From: Octopus vulgaris
Taxonomy: Eukaryota
Assembly: GCA_951406725.2 (NCBI GenBank)
Contig: OX597830.1
Coordinates: 67,518,001 to 67,582,000, forward strand
Direction of reading: 5' to 3'
DNA: 64,000 nt
Positions 26,158 to 39,607 of the stretch are shown here, piece by piece. The translations under genes were made by a program, and so were the position numbers. The notes under the pieces were generated by a model. The model searched no databases, had not been told where the DNA came from, and saw only the letters and a program-made list of their open reading frames with translations. How positions within the stretch are numbered: position 1 is the first letter of the stretch; each line of letters begins with the position of its first letter.

Positions 26158-27500
26158 CCATTCTACTATAGGCACAAGACCTGAGATTTTAGGGGAGGGG
26201 GCTAGTCGATTACATCAGCCCCAATATTTCACTGGTATTTATTTTATCGACTCTGAAATAATGTAAAGCAAAGTTGCTCCTAGTGTAATTTGGATTCAGA
26301 ACGCAGAGACGGACGAAATGCTGCTAAGCATTCCATCCGGCGTGATAATGATTCTGCCTGCTCACTCGAAAATTAAGGTTGGTGTGGTGCTCAAAACTGA
26401 CTGGGTGGAATAAAATCCAAGCAGGTAATACATGAACGATAGCATCACATCAGTATGGAGCTGGAATTATAAAATTACAAAAAGAAAGAACTGATGAAAA
26501 TAGATATGAAGTGAAAAGAATGTTGACAATGCAAGAAGCCTACTACCCTGGGAGTGAGACCGATAGGACGTACTTTTACAGAAGAAAGGTTGGGGGAGGT
26601 TTGATCAGTTGCCAGGATTTTATCTTAGCAGATGAAAAAGGCTTATTGTGATACATAAAAATGCCATAGGCCCATTGTAGAAACATGCGAAGGAGGCTGG
26701 TGCCATTAAAACTGAGAAATGTGTCAAGAAAGAAAAATTTATAGGGGAAGAAAACAGCATGGATGGAAACAAAAATGTACGTTCAGTTTGCCAGAGATAT
26801 CGGTGAGTAGTTGTAACCTGAAAATATAGACAGAAGCACTTATACACGCAGCTCAAGAACAAGTGTTAAGGACTAACTATGAGAAATGCAGAATCAACAA
26901 CACTACCGACAGCAACAAAAGCAGAATGTGTGGTGAGATGAATGAAACGGTATTGCACATCGTTAGTGAATGCCCAAAATTGGTACAACTCGAATGCAAA
27001 AGACGGCATGACAATTTAGTAAGAATGATCCGTTGGAAGCTCCGTTAAAATCATGGCCAACAAAGAGCAAAGACGTGGTATAAGAAAACCCAAGAGTCAC
27101 CGAGAATGAGAAGTGCAATGTCCTATGAGATGCAATGATTCAGTGTGATAACTTGACCATGCATCGGAAACTGGACATCGTTGTGGTGAATAAGAAAGAA
27201 AGAAAATGCACGATAATCGACATAGCATGTCCCAGTGACAACAGGATCAAAGAGAAAAAAGTAAAAGTAAACAACGCTGACGATTTGAAGTGGGAAATAC
27301 GAAAGTTGTAGTCAATGAGGAGAGTAGATGTGATACCAATAGTAATTGGTGCCCTTGGAAATATCAGCACTCAGCTACCAATGTGGCTGAAAAAGATTGG
27401 TGAAAGTGTGAAGATAGAACACCTAGAAAAATCAGCATTGTTTGGAGCTGCAAGAATTCTACACAGAGTGACACTTTCTATTATACCCAGCAAAATAAGC
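25190..27500 (+). mobile_element. Two stacked R4/Dong LINE 3' fragments separated by (AAT)n and a SINE
   Basis: YKYL, DRKSRK.L..HGAHHPRADTD.L...R..G.RGLI; LRTNY..CRMCG..ETV.HIVSEC..RRHD; VIPIVIGALG. Confidence 0.85.
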
Positions 27501-28501
27501 TGAGAGTTTTCATCAAATAATAATAATGATAATGATTATCATAGTTTTTATCGAAAGAACATTTTGTTAAACCCAAAATCCTTAACTTCCTGTATCACTA
27601 TCTTTTGATCCCTCCCTCCCTCTCTCTCCCCCCTCTCTCTCTCCCTCTCTTTCTGATACTTTTGATGATTTTATACAATACTATAAACTGCACCACACTT
27701 CCTCTAATCATACAATTCACCTTCATTTCCCTAACAACATGTATGAAACTGACTCTAAATTCTAAATTCCTATTTTAACGGAAAGTGAGCTATTTTTTAA
27801 TCATAACAATATAGGTTTTTTTTGGGGTTTTTTGAAGATCGTTGTGTATTAATCCCAAAATATTTAACTACCTACATCACTACATTTCTCACGTTCTTTC
27901 TCTCTCTCATCGATGTATGTGTTGCTCTTTTGCTTCCTCACTCAGTAACAGACTTTCCCACCTTCTCTCGTGACCAATGCACTCACCCTCTGAATTCACC
28001 ACTTCCACCACCATCTCTTGTGTACAGTCACACTAGGAAGTACATTTTCTTTCCTCTCTCATTTCTCTATCTTCCCTTTACTTCCTCTTCTTCACTCATC
28101 TCTCTTGTACTTAATTGATTCAGACACGTGACATTCACCTCTCCGCCACCACCAAGACTGAAATAGTGAAATCAAATCATATCCGAATGACTGAATGGTG
28201 ATCAACTTCCACAAAGTTGGGCCATTCTCGACTAAACCGGCAACACCCCAGAGCGCACTCTGTGAGGAGGCTCTTTTTTTATTGTTGTTTGGATCTCCTG
28301 CAGGACGAAAAACAAAACTATTCTTGGGGTGGATGAACTCTGAAGACTCAACACCCATCCAAATAATATTTGTGTATTTGTTGTACCGACGAAGGCATTA
28401 CCACTTAGGATAGCAGTAATAATTTTCCAACATCTTCGGCTTGTAGTATTCTTTGTTCAGTCTGCACAGCAACTTGTAGTAGATAAGTCTATGTAAATAC
28501 A

Positions 28502-28571
<70 letters not shown>

Positions 28572-29034
28572 GGTTTAGCCGTTGTCTGTGAAACTAGAGA
28601 CATATCTGTCTAGGTGGATAAACGTGTATAAGTGCAAATTGTAAGATTATACGTATATATGTGTGATATGTGCGTGTATACATGTTTATTGTGTGTGCTT
28701 GTAAATAAGCATAAGTATGTTTATATTTGCATGTATGTATCTAAGACATTGTATCTATTCACCCTTAGACGGTGGTAAAAGGAAAATATATATCTACAAC
28801 CTTCAACAGAGTAACAGTTATATATACAACTTGAACAGACATACATATCAGTACATAAACATTCCTTTACATGTACATACACATATACACACACACAGAC
28901 ATGTTTATACACTTACGTAAATGCTCACATACATACATACAAGCGTAAATGCATATATGCATGCATGTGCAAAACATATAGATATATGCATACATCCATG
29001 CATACATATATGCATACATACATATATACATACT

Positions 29035-29340
29035 GAGTACAGTTGTGAGAATTACCTGCCAAGCGGATGTTAACGTAAAGCCGAGGATCAGTGAATAAGA
29101 GAATACCTACGCCGACCTATTGAGAAATTTGTAGTTACTCTATCCAGATTACAAGTTCAGGTTTGTACCTGTAGTTATTGGGGCTCTGGGATATGCAATA
29201 CACTGCCTAAATACCAATCTTGAGAAATTAGGCTTCTCAAATCCAGAAAGGAGAAAGCTAATTCTGAAACTACAGATCCAATCCATCACTGGAACTGTAA
29301 AAATCTATAAAACTTTCCAGAAGTGTATCATTTAAATATA
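29035..29340 (+). mobile_element. RLE-type LINE 3' fragment
   Basis: VV.I.CP.D.N...KENTY..L....YPDY.F..VPVVIGALG. Confidence 0.6.
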
Positions 29341-29519
29341 TATGAGCATGTTTAGATATGTAACAATATGCATGAGAATACATACATAAAGCAAAAATCT
29401 GCATATATACATACAGTTGTTGATGATGAAATTCCAATGAAGGAGCCTTGGATCTAGGATGGAGACTGGCTCTTTCTTTATTGGCAAGAAATCTTGAAAT
29501 AAAACACACATGTATTACT

Positions 29520-29700
29520 AAAAAACTGCTATTCCCTCAGATTCAGCACCAAGTCTTTTCAGTGAATAGGTCACTGTTTGAAAGCAATGAAAATATCTTC
29601 ACACAAATGAAAATTAAATGTTGAAGTGAAACTAACGGTTTTTGTGTTCTTGAATGACTTACAAATATATTCCTTGCTGCAATTTTATCTCTTTTTTGTA
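29520..29700. repeat. Dispersed repeat, second copy at about 42880-43060
   Basis: Shared AACTGCTA..CTCAGAT.CAGCAC..GCAATGAAAATAT..TGTTGAAGTGAAACTAACGGTTTTTG. Confidence 0.7.
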
Positions 29701-30522
29701 ATAATAATTTATTTTGACTTGTTATAAAGATTTTATAGTTTAAGTGTTTGTGATTTAAACCAAAGTCCAGCTTAATTGAACAGATTCATGCTCAAAATCA
29801 TTGCTGCAATGACCATCCCACCTTATACAGGTTCGTCAGACAACTTTATCCAATGTGTACAGTCATTTTCTAAGGCAGTAGGGTATAATTTGATGGAGGA
29901 GATATAATTGTTGTTTTCTGAAGGTCAAATGACCATGTAGAGGTTACGTGAGGTATTGGGAAACGGAAAGAGTGATATTCATATATTATTCCATAGCATT
30001 ACTAGACTTGGGCCAATAAGTGAAACCATGCCACACTTTCATGTAAGACTTTAATCTTTCTCTCTAACACACAACACATTTCCAGTTAGCAATATGGAAT
30101 CAATAGCAATATACTGGGAGCAGACGACTGTAACTGAAAAATGCTGGACTAAATCTATTGTAGTATTTAGCTTTTGGTTACGAGTTCAAATTCTATCAGG
30201 GGTGAAATTTTATTTTGCTTATTATCTTGTCAAGAATTGATTTTAAAAAATCAATAGGAGAGTCCTGGATTGATTCAACACAGTAAATCAAGGCTTCCAT
30301 AATGAGAACTATGTCAATAATTAAATCAACCTAAGTTAATTACTGGTGAATTTCCCATTAACCTTACATGCACAAAAAGAAAATTCACTCCTTTTGTGTG
30401 ATTTGAAGTCTGAATGTGAAGGAATATAACTAAATACCAGAAATTATTTTGTCCAAAAATCTACAATCATTTAGAATAAGCAATCAATGTTTGAATATAA
30501 TTATTGTTCTCTTGTTTTGCAG

Positions 30523-30677
30523 GTGCCTGGATCATAAGTGATGGCTTACATACTGGAGTTGCAAAACATATTGGGAAGGCTATACATGATAATGAAGCTG
30601 GCAAGAAGAAAGTGGTAACAATAGGTATTGCATCATGGAACTGTGTACAAAACAAGGAATCCCTTGTGAATGAAGAG
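30523..30677 (+). CDS. TRPM: TRPM MHR1/2 exon (GAWIISDGLHTGVAKHIG...TIGIASW...LVNEE)
   Basis: AG/GT boundaries, 155 nt, phase-compatible; GAWII, GV.KH.G and IGIA.W motifs. Confidence 0.95.
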
Positions 30678-31149
30678 GTAAATTTCTGTTTAAGTTATTT
30701 TCCTTATTTTTAAACTTCTAAGTATATTCTTGTTCTATATTAATATTAAATACTGATTTTTAACATTATAGTATTGATTCTTAGAATTTCAATATTCATT
30801 GTAGGGTAAACTTAAAACATTAGCTTACATCAAAGGATTAAAAAAAAAGGCCCATATGATTTCCATTTATGATACAATGCTAATTTTGTGATAAGGGAAG
30901 TAATACATTCAAGGTTTTTCAGTTTCGTGTATTATTTTCTGTTTTACTTGAATTTTAATAGCAAAAGTGTCTGAGTGAATAAAGAGTTAAATTATCTGAT
31001 CATAGAGAATTGGTTCAATTCTTCTGCCGGTATTTCATAGTTTCTAAGGAAAAACATTTTATTCTACATTGCTCGGTTTCCTTAGTTATCAAAAGTAAAT
31101 AAAACATCAATTTGGCAATGTTCCGTCTCTTCTCAAATACTATCAATCA

Positions 31150-33100
31150 TCTTAGTCGCTTGTTTCACATCGGATCCAGTTTCTGATTCTGATTAGAATC
31201 AGTGTGCAATGAATATGACTCAACAAAGCCGCAATACAACTCCAGAACTTCCTCGGCGATGACCACTAATCTCTCTAGCAAGATTCTCATGAAGATCTTC
31301 CCAAAGATGCTGAGAAGAGAGATGCTGTAACTGTATTCACAGATTGCTCAGTCACCTCTGTTGAAGACTGTGATGATAGTCACATTGTTAAGGTCTCCAG
31401 GAACTACTGCTGCTTCCCACATGCGTTGGATAAACCTATACAACTTGATCTTCACAGTTTGACAACCGTGAAGCAGGAGCTTCAGAACTATGTTGTCATG
31501 ACCAGGTGCTCCCCATTTCTTCATGCGTTTTAGAGCCTTTTCCAGCACAAGATAATTTAGAGGGAGTAACATCCAGTCTCAGATAGGATACAGGGGATAC
31601 TTCAGAGGAGGTCAATCATTGCAGTAGATGGCCGGTTGACAAGAGTATTCCTTCCATGTTTCAAGTGTGTCTTGATTGTCCATCAAAGGGGTTAATCTGG
31701 CGGTGGATATGAGTGTATTGTTTACTCTACTAGGAGAACCAACGATTCCCCTTTCCCCAGCATAGAAACGCCTGCCTAGGGTCTTTACTGTCTGCGAACA
31801 ACTGTATCTCCCCTGCTTTTGCTAGCCACCAGAGATTTTGGAGTTCATGGATCCTGCACTGGCATTGCTCCTTGGCCTACCAGAAGCATCGCAAGTGGGT
31901 TCACATTGAGAAATCCTATACCAGACGAAATTCTCTCTTCTGATCGATCAGCTTGGCAATATGGTCGTCATTTTGGTCAAACCAGTCTTAATGAGCGTGT
32001 TTGTAAAAGCCAGTTATTCCCCCAGGAGCTTTGGTGATCGTTTTGCCTAAATCAAACCAATATACCTCCACACTGTCCACTGCCCGTCAATGATAATGGT
32101 GGGGTACCTTCTTCAGAAAGTTTCATGAGGTGTGATGAGTGATCGCCCCAACATCGTAGGTCTTCAGTTTAGAAACAAAACCATCACAGTGTCCACTCTA
32201 TCTTTGTAGATACATTGCGATATGGAAGGTTTCGCAACTAAAACCTGTGCAGTCAATGATCCCTCCAGCAGTCCTCTGTGGCAGGGAGGCTGTGGTTCAT
32301 TGGTACGTTGCTCTCATCACAGGGTCAAGTGAGAAAGTAGTCCAGGTTGTGCCAGCACTTTTATCTTGGATGCTCTTACGTGGTCTTTTGCTGGTTGGGA
32401 AAATGTAAATAACCATAAGCTCATTCTCAGCGCATAAGCCAATGAACAGCGGTATGTCTGAGTTTCAGTTTCCCACATCCTGTTTTCCCAGAATTCCCGT
32501 CCAGTGTTCATTAGTTCATCGACCCTGGCATTAAAATCTCTCTTGGCTTGTCCTGTTGAGATTAGAGTATTACAAATCTATGATCTCATATCTAGAATCA
32601 AGGGTAGCAGCAGTAACTAGGATTAACGCAAGACGATTGTTCTTGAGGCACTCAATGATAGAGGTGGGAGACGGATTGTGTCTGTTCACTACGGAATTCT
32701 TCACAAAAACATGACCGAGGATTCACTGCTCTGTAAGATTTCTACCTTTACAGAAAAAGGTGTAAACCCTTCCTTCTTCACAAAGACTGCCAGGTAGGTT
32801 TGTGATGTCCACACTGTAAGGATTCAGTTCTCCGCTCAAACAAGCAGTGCACTGTTTGGGTCTGTCTGTGTCATCCAGAGCCAGGAGTGTGCGCACATTC
32901 CAACTTCTCACAAAAAAGAAAGTTTTTCTTTTTTGCTTTTGCTTCCACTGTAATGGGTTACCAATGGCCTTGGTAAGTCAGTCAAGGAAACGAATGGTGT
33001 CCAAAGTTTGCCCTAACTTTTCTAGAGGCATTCTTGTACGGTTGCACTGCAGTAATCCCGAGTAGGCTGACTCAACGACACCACACTTCATGGATAGAAA
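31150..33100 (-). mobile_element. RTE-clade LINE 5' half remnant (APE + start of RT)
   Basis: SWNVRTL, L.EEG..YTFF..G, APG.D.I..LL..G, ISLLSIFGKI. Confidence 0.75.
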
Positions 33101-33294
33101 AATCTTTACATAAGATCTGCCAGCATGTGGATGTCTTTGAATGGCTAAAATCTCATAAATTTAAATACTTGTAACTTCATTATTATTAATCTCTATAAAA
33201 AATGATAGCAATTTTTGTCATCAGCAGCATACAATAATACATCTTCAAGCAAGAATATGATACGGGTCAATGGAGTTGCAAAAAGGTTGTATCC

Positions 33295-33420
<126 letters not shown>

Positions 33421-33429
33421 ATATATAAA

Positions 33430-34213
33430 TGGAGTTAAACACAGGTGTTATTCAGATTATTTTACTTCCGACACGTTTCGAAGACATCACTGGTTTTATT
33501 CCAAAGGAATAAAATGGTGTAAAACAATGTAATCTTCTCTTCAGCAAAATGAAGAAATGAAACTCATCAATAAGACATTTTAACAGAAAATGATGGATAT
33601 GTAGAGTCATTAACTGAATGCTATAAAGTTTGTTTAAAAAAAACGTTATAGGATATAACGTCAAAGGTAGCCTATAGAAAGAGGAGAGATAAAGGAAAGA
33701 AAAACCAAATAAATGAGAAGTATATAACTATATGTATATTAAATAAAACTATATAGACTTGGAAAAGATATATCTAGTGAATTTGAAATGTAAGAAATTT
33801 AATGTTTAAATTATATATAATGATAGATATCACTTATATGAACTAAAGGTGTATTTCTGCCAATGTTTACATCAGTACGCATGCTCTATAATCGTGTTTA
33901 CAAGGGGACTTTTAGAAAAAAGAATAAAAAATAGTTCATAATTACAGAGAAGATAGAATTCCTTGCACTTGTCATAAGGTATCAAGATTGAGAGAATCAA
34001 CCAATCTAAATTAAATTGTTTACTGTGGTCTATTAGATCTCAAATTAATTAACTAAGCCCTGTTCTGTTATGTTTATTCCTATCCCTAAAAGTAGAGTAA
34101 TGATTAGAAATTCTTTTAGATAACTGAGAAGATGTGCTTCCTATATAAAAAAAATAATTCATTACCAGTAGTAATTTTACACTGGTATATTGAATTTTTA
34201 ATTTGTGTCTAAA
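33430..34213 (-). mobile_element. Second, decayed PLE 3' fragment (GIY-YIG + hammerhead), related to 1985-3645
   Basis: 33850-34200 aligns by eye with 2740-3085 (IYQC, YIGS.SSQLSKRISNHYSTF, CKHWQK). Confidence 0.8.
33461..33550 (-). ncRNA. Hammerhead motif in PLE 3' region
   Basis: Minus strand: CTGAAGA-GAAGA...TCTTC-GAAAC-GT-GTC-GGAAG. Stem I is partly decayed. Confidence 0.6.
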
Positions 34214-34337
34214 ATCTCGTTCAGAGATTTATTATTGCTTTCAGACCGTTTTTCGAAATCAGTGACAGTGGTTACTGGGAAAAACATTAAATAGATATTC
34301 GCAAACAGGTCTCTCCTCATCGAAAACCGGTGATTAC

Positions 34338-34382
34338 CGTGTGTTGACAAGAGACAATAATCTCGAAACTGCAGTCCATGCG
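34338..34382 (+). ncRNA. Minimal hammerhead with mutated core inside a unit bounded by 24-bp direct repeats
   Basis: CGTGTG-TTGACAA-GAGA-CAATAA-TCTC-GAAAC-TGCA-GTC-CATGCG. All three stems pair. Confidence 0.65.
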
Positions 34383-34595
34383 TATCACTTAGGTTTACGA
34401 GAGGGGATGACTTCCCTTTGCAAATATCATAAGGGCACAGAAATTGTGTCTAAAGCCAGCTGGAGACGATGATCTCCTGGGGCTAAAAAGCTACAGTAAC
34501 ACCCACCCCTAGTGGTTAGCCATATTGAGATGGCTAGTATACTTTACGTTGTCGAGCGCCTACTGTTTACATCTCGTTCAGAGATTTATTATTGT

Positions 34596-34596
34596 T

Positions 34597-34675
<79 letters not shown>

Positions 34676-34708
34676 ATATATTCTATATATATGTATACAT
34701 ATATATGT

Positions 34709-34775
<67 letters not shown>
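34596..34775. repeat. Long (TA)n microsatellite
   Basis: Seen directly. Confidence 0.9.
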
Positions 34776-34778
<3 letters not shown>

Positions 34779-35410
34779 CAAGGAACGGCCATAATAGGCC
34801 ATTCACCCACTAGAAATAACAGCCAAAAGCTTCAACCGCAAAACAACATCAATTCCGTAAACCAGGAGAAAATTAAAATTATATATATATATATGTAAAA
34901 TGAAGGGTAATACTTGTAGCACCAGCAGGTGAAAGATGGCAGTCAAAACGACTCAAAACCACCGTTTCGACTTGTACACAAGGATGAAATTAATACATAC
35001 ATGATATATGCGCCCACACAGCTACACCAAAGACCACAACCTCTGATACCATTGCTGCCGAATTCTTCCTCCAGCATTAACAGATACAAAGATCACTCAC
35101 ACATACATATAAACAGTTATTACCACTTACAACACATATGCACACACACGCAGTTACCACCACCCACATACACTCACACACTCAGTTACTGCTACACACA
35201 CATATACACACACAAACACATACACACATGCTATCACACACACGCATATACTTACACATACACATATATCCCTCCTTTTACACTCTCCTGTCTTAGAAAG
35301 AACTTTTTCTTTGTCCATCTCCTTCTGGTCATTCCAAAATGTAACTACATGTGAATTGTTGGTGATTTTTTTCTTCTGTCTTCCTTTTCTCTTGGACTTT
35401 CCTCTGTCTC

Positions 35411-35449
35411 CTGTTTCTGAAGAAGAGCTTTGCTCGAAATGTAAGACAG
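35411..35449 (+). ncRNA. Minimal hammerhead motif downstream of a CA-rich, PLE-like 3' region
   Basis: CTGTTT-CTGAAGA-A-GAGC-TTT-GCTC-GAAA-TG-TA-AGACAG. ACGT appears decayed to ATGT. Confidence 0.6.
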
Positions 35450-35838
35450 CCTTTTTTTCCTTCTGTGAGCATCTAAATAATACTTTGTATGTACCACGTT
35501 CTCGTGCATTGTTGTTTTTTCTTCTGATAATGATGATGATGATTACTTCATCTTAACAGATGATAGCCATCCCATCAACGCACACACAGTACCCCATCAC
35601 ATGGCAAAATCTTTCAATTGATGAACCCTCAGATGACCTTTTGGGGCCAGCTGCTAACTGACGGTATAAAACACAAGTGATAGATAATCAAATCTCTTTT
35701 ACGTCTTTGTCCTCTGGAACCTGATTCTGAAGGAATGTTTTTTATGAACCAGCATACTTATATTAAGTCTAGATATTATCTTACAAATTTTGTGACATGT
35801 TATACATTGTTAAAAGTGGCCAGGGTTCAAGATTATTA

Positions 35839-37127
35839 CGAGGGGCGTTCAATAAGTAATGCCCCTGACCCACTTCCCATAGTAGTAGAGCAACAAAACT
35901 CGGCACAGGTATTAGTCGTTTTCTACATAGGAACCACCCAGAGTTACGCATTTCTCCCATCGTTTGATGCAGCTCTGGATACCGTTTTTGTAGAAGACCC
36001 CAGCTTGGTCCTCCAGCCACGACGTGACTTCAGAAATCAAGGCTGCATCATCTGGTAAACGCTTTCCTTTCAAAAACAACTTCATGGGTGGAAAGAGGTG
36101 AAAATCAGAGGGTGCAAGATCAGGAGAGTAGGGGGATGGGGAGAAGTTCATAGCCGCACGCCTGTGCTTTTGATCTGGCGACACGCGAGTTGTGGACCGG
36201 AGCGTTGTCCTGCAGGAGGAGGATGCCTTTGCTGATCTTGCCCCGCCTCTTGATTTTGATAGCTTCTCTTAATTTCCTCAAAAGTGAAGCATAATAGGCT
36301 CCTGTAATTGTGGTACCCTTTGCCAGAAAATCTGTCACCACTACTCCGTCCTGGTCCCAGAAGACTGTGAGCGTGACCTTGCCAGCGGAGGGCTGCACCC
36401 TTGCCTTCTTTGGAGGAGGTGAGTCACGGCGCATCTACTGCATTGACTGGGCTTTGGTCTCTGGATCATAGTGATGGACCCAGGTTTCATCCTGTGTGAT
36501 CAGTCTTTTGAAATATTTTGACTCATCTTCATGGCACATCTCCAAATTTATCCTCGAGCATTCGACGCGTTCTTGCTTCTGGAAAGGTGTGAGCAACCTG
36601 GGAATCCATCTGGCAGACACCTTTTGCATATGTAAATGGTCATGAATGATAGTTTCCACAGACCCGGTACTAATCTTGACTTCATGGGCTATTTGGCGAA
36701 TAGTTATGCGTCGATCTTCCAAAATGGCAGCCTCAACTTGACGGACAGATGCCTCATCAATGGCAGAAGGGGTGACCAGATCTGGGAGCTGTTTCCACAG
36801 AGTTCTGACCAAGTTTGAATTCACGATGCCAGCGTTTTACAAGGTCATATGATGGGGCATCATCACCATAAGTTACTTTCATTTCATCAAAAGTTTCCCG
36901 TGGTGTGCGTCCTTTCAAATACAAAAACCGGATCACTGCTCGGCACTCAACATGCTCCATTTCACACTTGACTCAGTTCAAACACCTGTAAATCAGAAAC
37001 CACAATTAGTTCAGAGCTGTAATTTCCCACTTAATCTATAAAGATATAAATAATTGCACATGCAAAATTTCAGCTAAATCAAACAACTGCAATTGGGTCA
37101 GGGGCATTACTTATTGAACGCCCCTCG
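35839..37127 (-). mobile_element. Full-length mariner element (1289 bp), irritans-like
   Basis: Perfect 34-bp TIRs CGAGGGGCGTTCAATAAGTAATGCCCCTGACCCA; TA duplication at 35837-38 and 37128-29. Confidence 0.97.
35912..36960 (-). pseudogene. Mariner DD34D-type transposase with two frameshifts and one stop
   Basis: WIPRLL, ITQDETWVHHY, QDNAPVH and PYSPDLAPSDFHLF are spread over four ORFs; TAG at 36435-37. Confidence 0.95.
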
Positions 37128-39432
37128 TATCTGCCTGAGCATTCCAACTTTCATGTGACTTCATATTATTTACATTTTCTGCTTTTTGACAACAGAACAC
37201 GATTGCACACAATACATAGCCAATATTCACTGTCGATTTCGGTTACAATTGTTCCTTTCTGACAGAACCTTTTAAGCTCAAAGCACTGAATCATCTTTTT
37301 GTTCCAAGTCTTGCAACAGCACTTCTCCACTTGTTTCAATCCAGAGCATCCATTTCACTTTTGGTGAAATCTCTCCAGTATTTTCATATGACGCCTCTGA
37401 GTGGTTCACATCTCACTTGAATAAAAAAAAGTGCAGTCAATACACATGTTTTATAGACATCGGTTTTTGTTTGCAAGGAAATACCACTATCCAATCATAC
37501 TCGTTTTTCCAGTTCTCCAAATGCAACATTTGCCTTTCCTATTTGATAGTACATCTCTACATCAAGACCAACATCTCTTGACAGTGTGCTTCCAAAATAT
37601 ATAAAAGAATCAATGACTTCTAACCTTGTTCCGTTCACAAAAATGTTTGATTCAGAATATATTTGTCCTGGAGCGGGAGCAAACACTACTTTGATTTTCC
37701 CAAGACTAATTGTGAAACCGAAAAGTGCATATGTAGTGGAAGATCTGTCTGTTATTTGTCGAATATCCTCCTCTGAGTGTCCCAACAAATCAGCACCAAC
37801 AGCGTAAAACAATTCTCTAACAAGCGTTTTAGAAGTCTTTGCTTTGCATTTAGATCAGGTCAAATTATAAATGTGACTAGATCAGTCAAATTATAAATCC
37901 GATCCTGATTCCCCTGTTGCAATCGTTGAAGGCATACCAAATCAATGTAGCAACACACATAGAGAAGCGTCAAGGAGCAGGAATGTCTCCCTGTTTGACA
38001 CCGTTCTTCACCGAAAATTCACAAGATAGCTCCCCATTAAAGACCACCTGACCTTTCACATTTCTATGTAGTTCCTTATAGATTCATACAAAATGTGTTG
38101 GGCAACCAAGTTTGCACAAAACGATCTACAGAGCCTCTCTGTTTATTGTGGCAAATGCCTTGGTTAAATCTATGAAGACCTGGTATAGTGGCATTTGTTC
38201 CCCTATGCATTTCTCCTGAACCTGCCTCACAGAAAATATCATTTCCGTTGTTCCTTGCTCAGGTCTGAAACCACACTGTTCCTCGGAAATTGCATGGTGA
38301 CACACATTTTCAATGTGACGATTTAACATGATCCTTGGAAGTATCTACCCAGTATGTTCCAGTGGGGTTATCCCTTTAGAATTACTACACACTGATTTTG
38401 GGCCCTTATTCTTAATAGGCTATGAATTTCTGATGAAATATGATTCCCACCAATCCAGGAACTTTACCTGATTTCAATTTATACAATGCCAGATTTACTT
38501 CTGTTGAAAGTGTTTTAGTCATGTGCTACACTAGCTCTCTTTGCGGAATGTTATTTATGACATCCATGTTTACCACAGAAGGACTGTGGAAAAGATCTGC
38601 AAAGCATTCTCTCCATCTACTCATTATTTCAGGAGGATCTTTAACATCATTTCCATTTTTTGACTTCAAGGGAATTCTTCTCTGGGGTTTCAATAAATGC
38701 AACAGAAGCAAGTTTGAAGCAAATATTAGCCATTTTTCATACTTTCTAGGAGCAAGGAATTAGGAAACAACATTTGCTATCAGAGGACAAAAATCATGTT
38801 ATACAGTGTTATTATTGGTATAAATGTGAATTTATAATCTGGATATAGAAGCTAGAAGCTTCGAAGCAGTTGTCCATAATTATTTGTTTCTCCTTAATTT
38901 TCAGAGTGATATTCATGTCAGCAGAACAACTGACTTTTCTATGATGGAACATACTTTTTCCTGTCTGAGCCAAACGAATAAATGTATACACCACAGGCTT
39001 CAGAACAGTTTCTGTCTACCAAATCCATTAACAAGGCGTTGGTTGCCACCTGGGCTTTAGTAGTTGTCACTTGCCCAAGGTACCATTTGTGTGTGTCTCT
39101 GCATGATGGTGTGATTATGTGTCTGTATAGCAATTCATTGGTGTTCCTTTTTCTAATGCCTGTGAACATTAAAACCTCCCCCACCAACACATTCAGTAGA
39201 TCTCAGTCCTTATTCTTATATTCTTTCTTCCTCTCCCTCCCTCTTTCCACCTCTCCCTCTTTCTCTCCCACTCTCTTCCCCTTCTCTCTTTGTCTCTCTT
39301 TGCTCCCCCTCCCGTCCCACTTTGCTGTACTTTTTTGTGTGTCATAACAAATAAAACGTGTATTATTATATTGTTAGATTACAATGATGTTGATAATATG
39401 TATAACAGATAAAATATTGATTTAACTTCTAG

Positions 39433-39607
39433 GGATCATGGCCTGCAAATTATGAGATAAAAGATGATATTGACTCAACAACATCTGCTTTGGATCCTAA
39501 TCATTCACATTTTATCCTTGTTGATGATGGCACCCAAGAAACTCTTGGAGTAGAAGCTGAGTTCAGAAAAAAGTTAGAAGATACTATTTCACAATATGAA
39601 ATCCCAG
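39433..39607 (+). CDS. TRPM: TRPM MHR1/2 exon (GSWPANY...LDPNHSHFILVDDGT...QYEIP)
   Basis: AG/GTAAG boundaries, 175 nt; diagnostic LDPNHSHFILVDDGT. Confidence 0.97.

Larger units (their letters stand above)
35530..38760 (-). mobile_element. RTE-clade LINE remnant interrupted by a mariner
   Basis: EQCGFRP..GT..MIF..RQ.QEKC, FIDLTKAF, GVKQG, FGFTISL.K.KV, F.Y.GSTL. The 3' end and (ATC)n tail at about 35530-35690 lie beyond the mariner. Confidence 0.85.

Noticed and set aside
28300-28410. CTGAAGA inside a hairpin and CCGACGAAGGC, possible hammerheads
   Set aside because: No downstream GAAA-stem III-UH.
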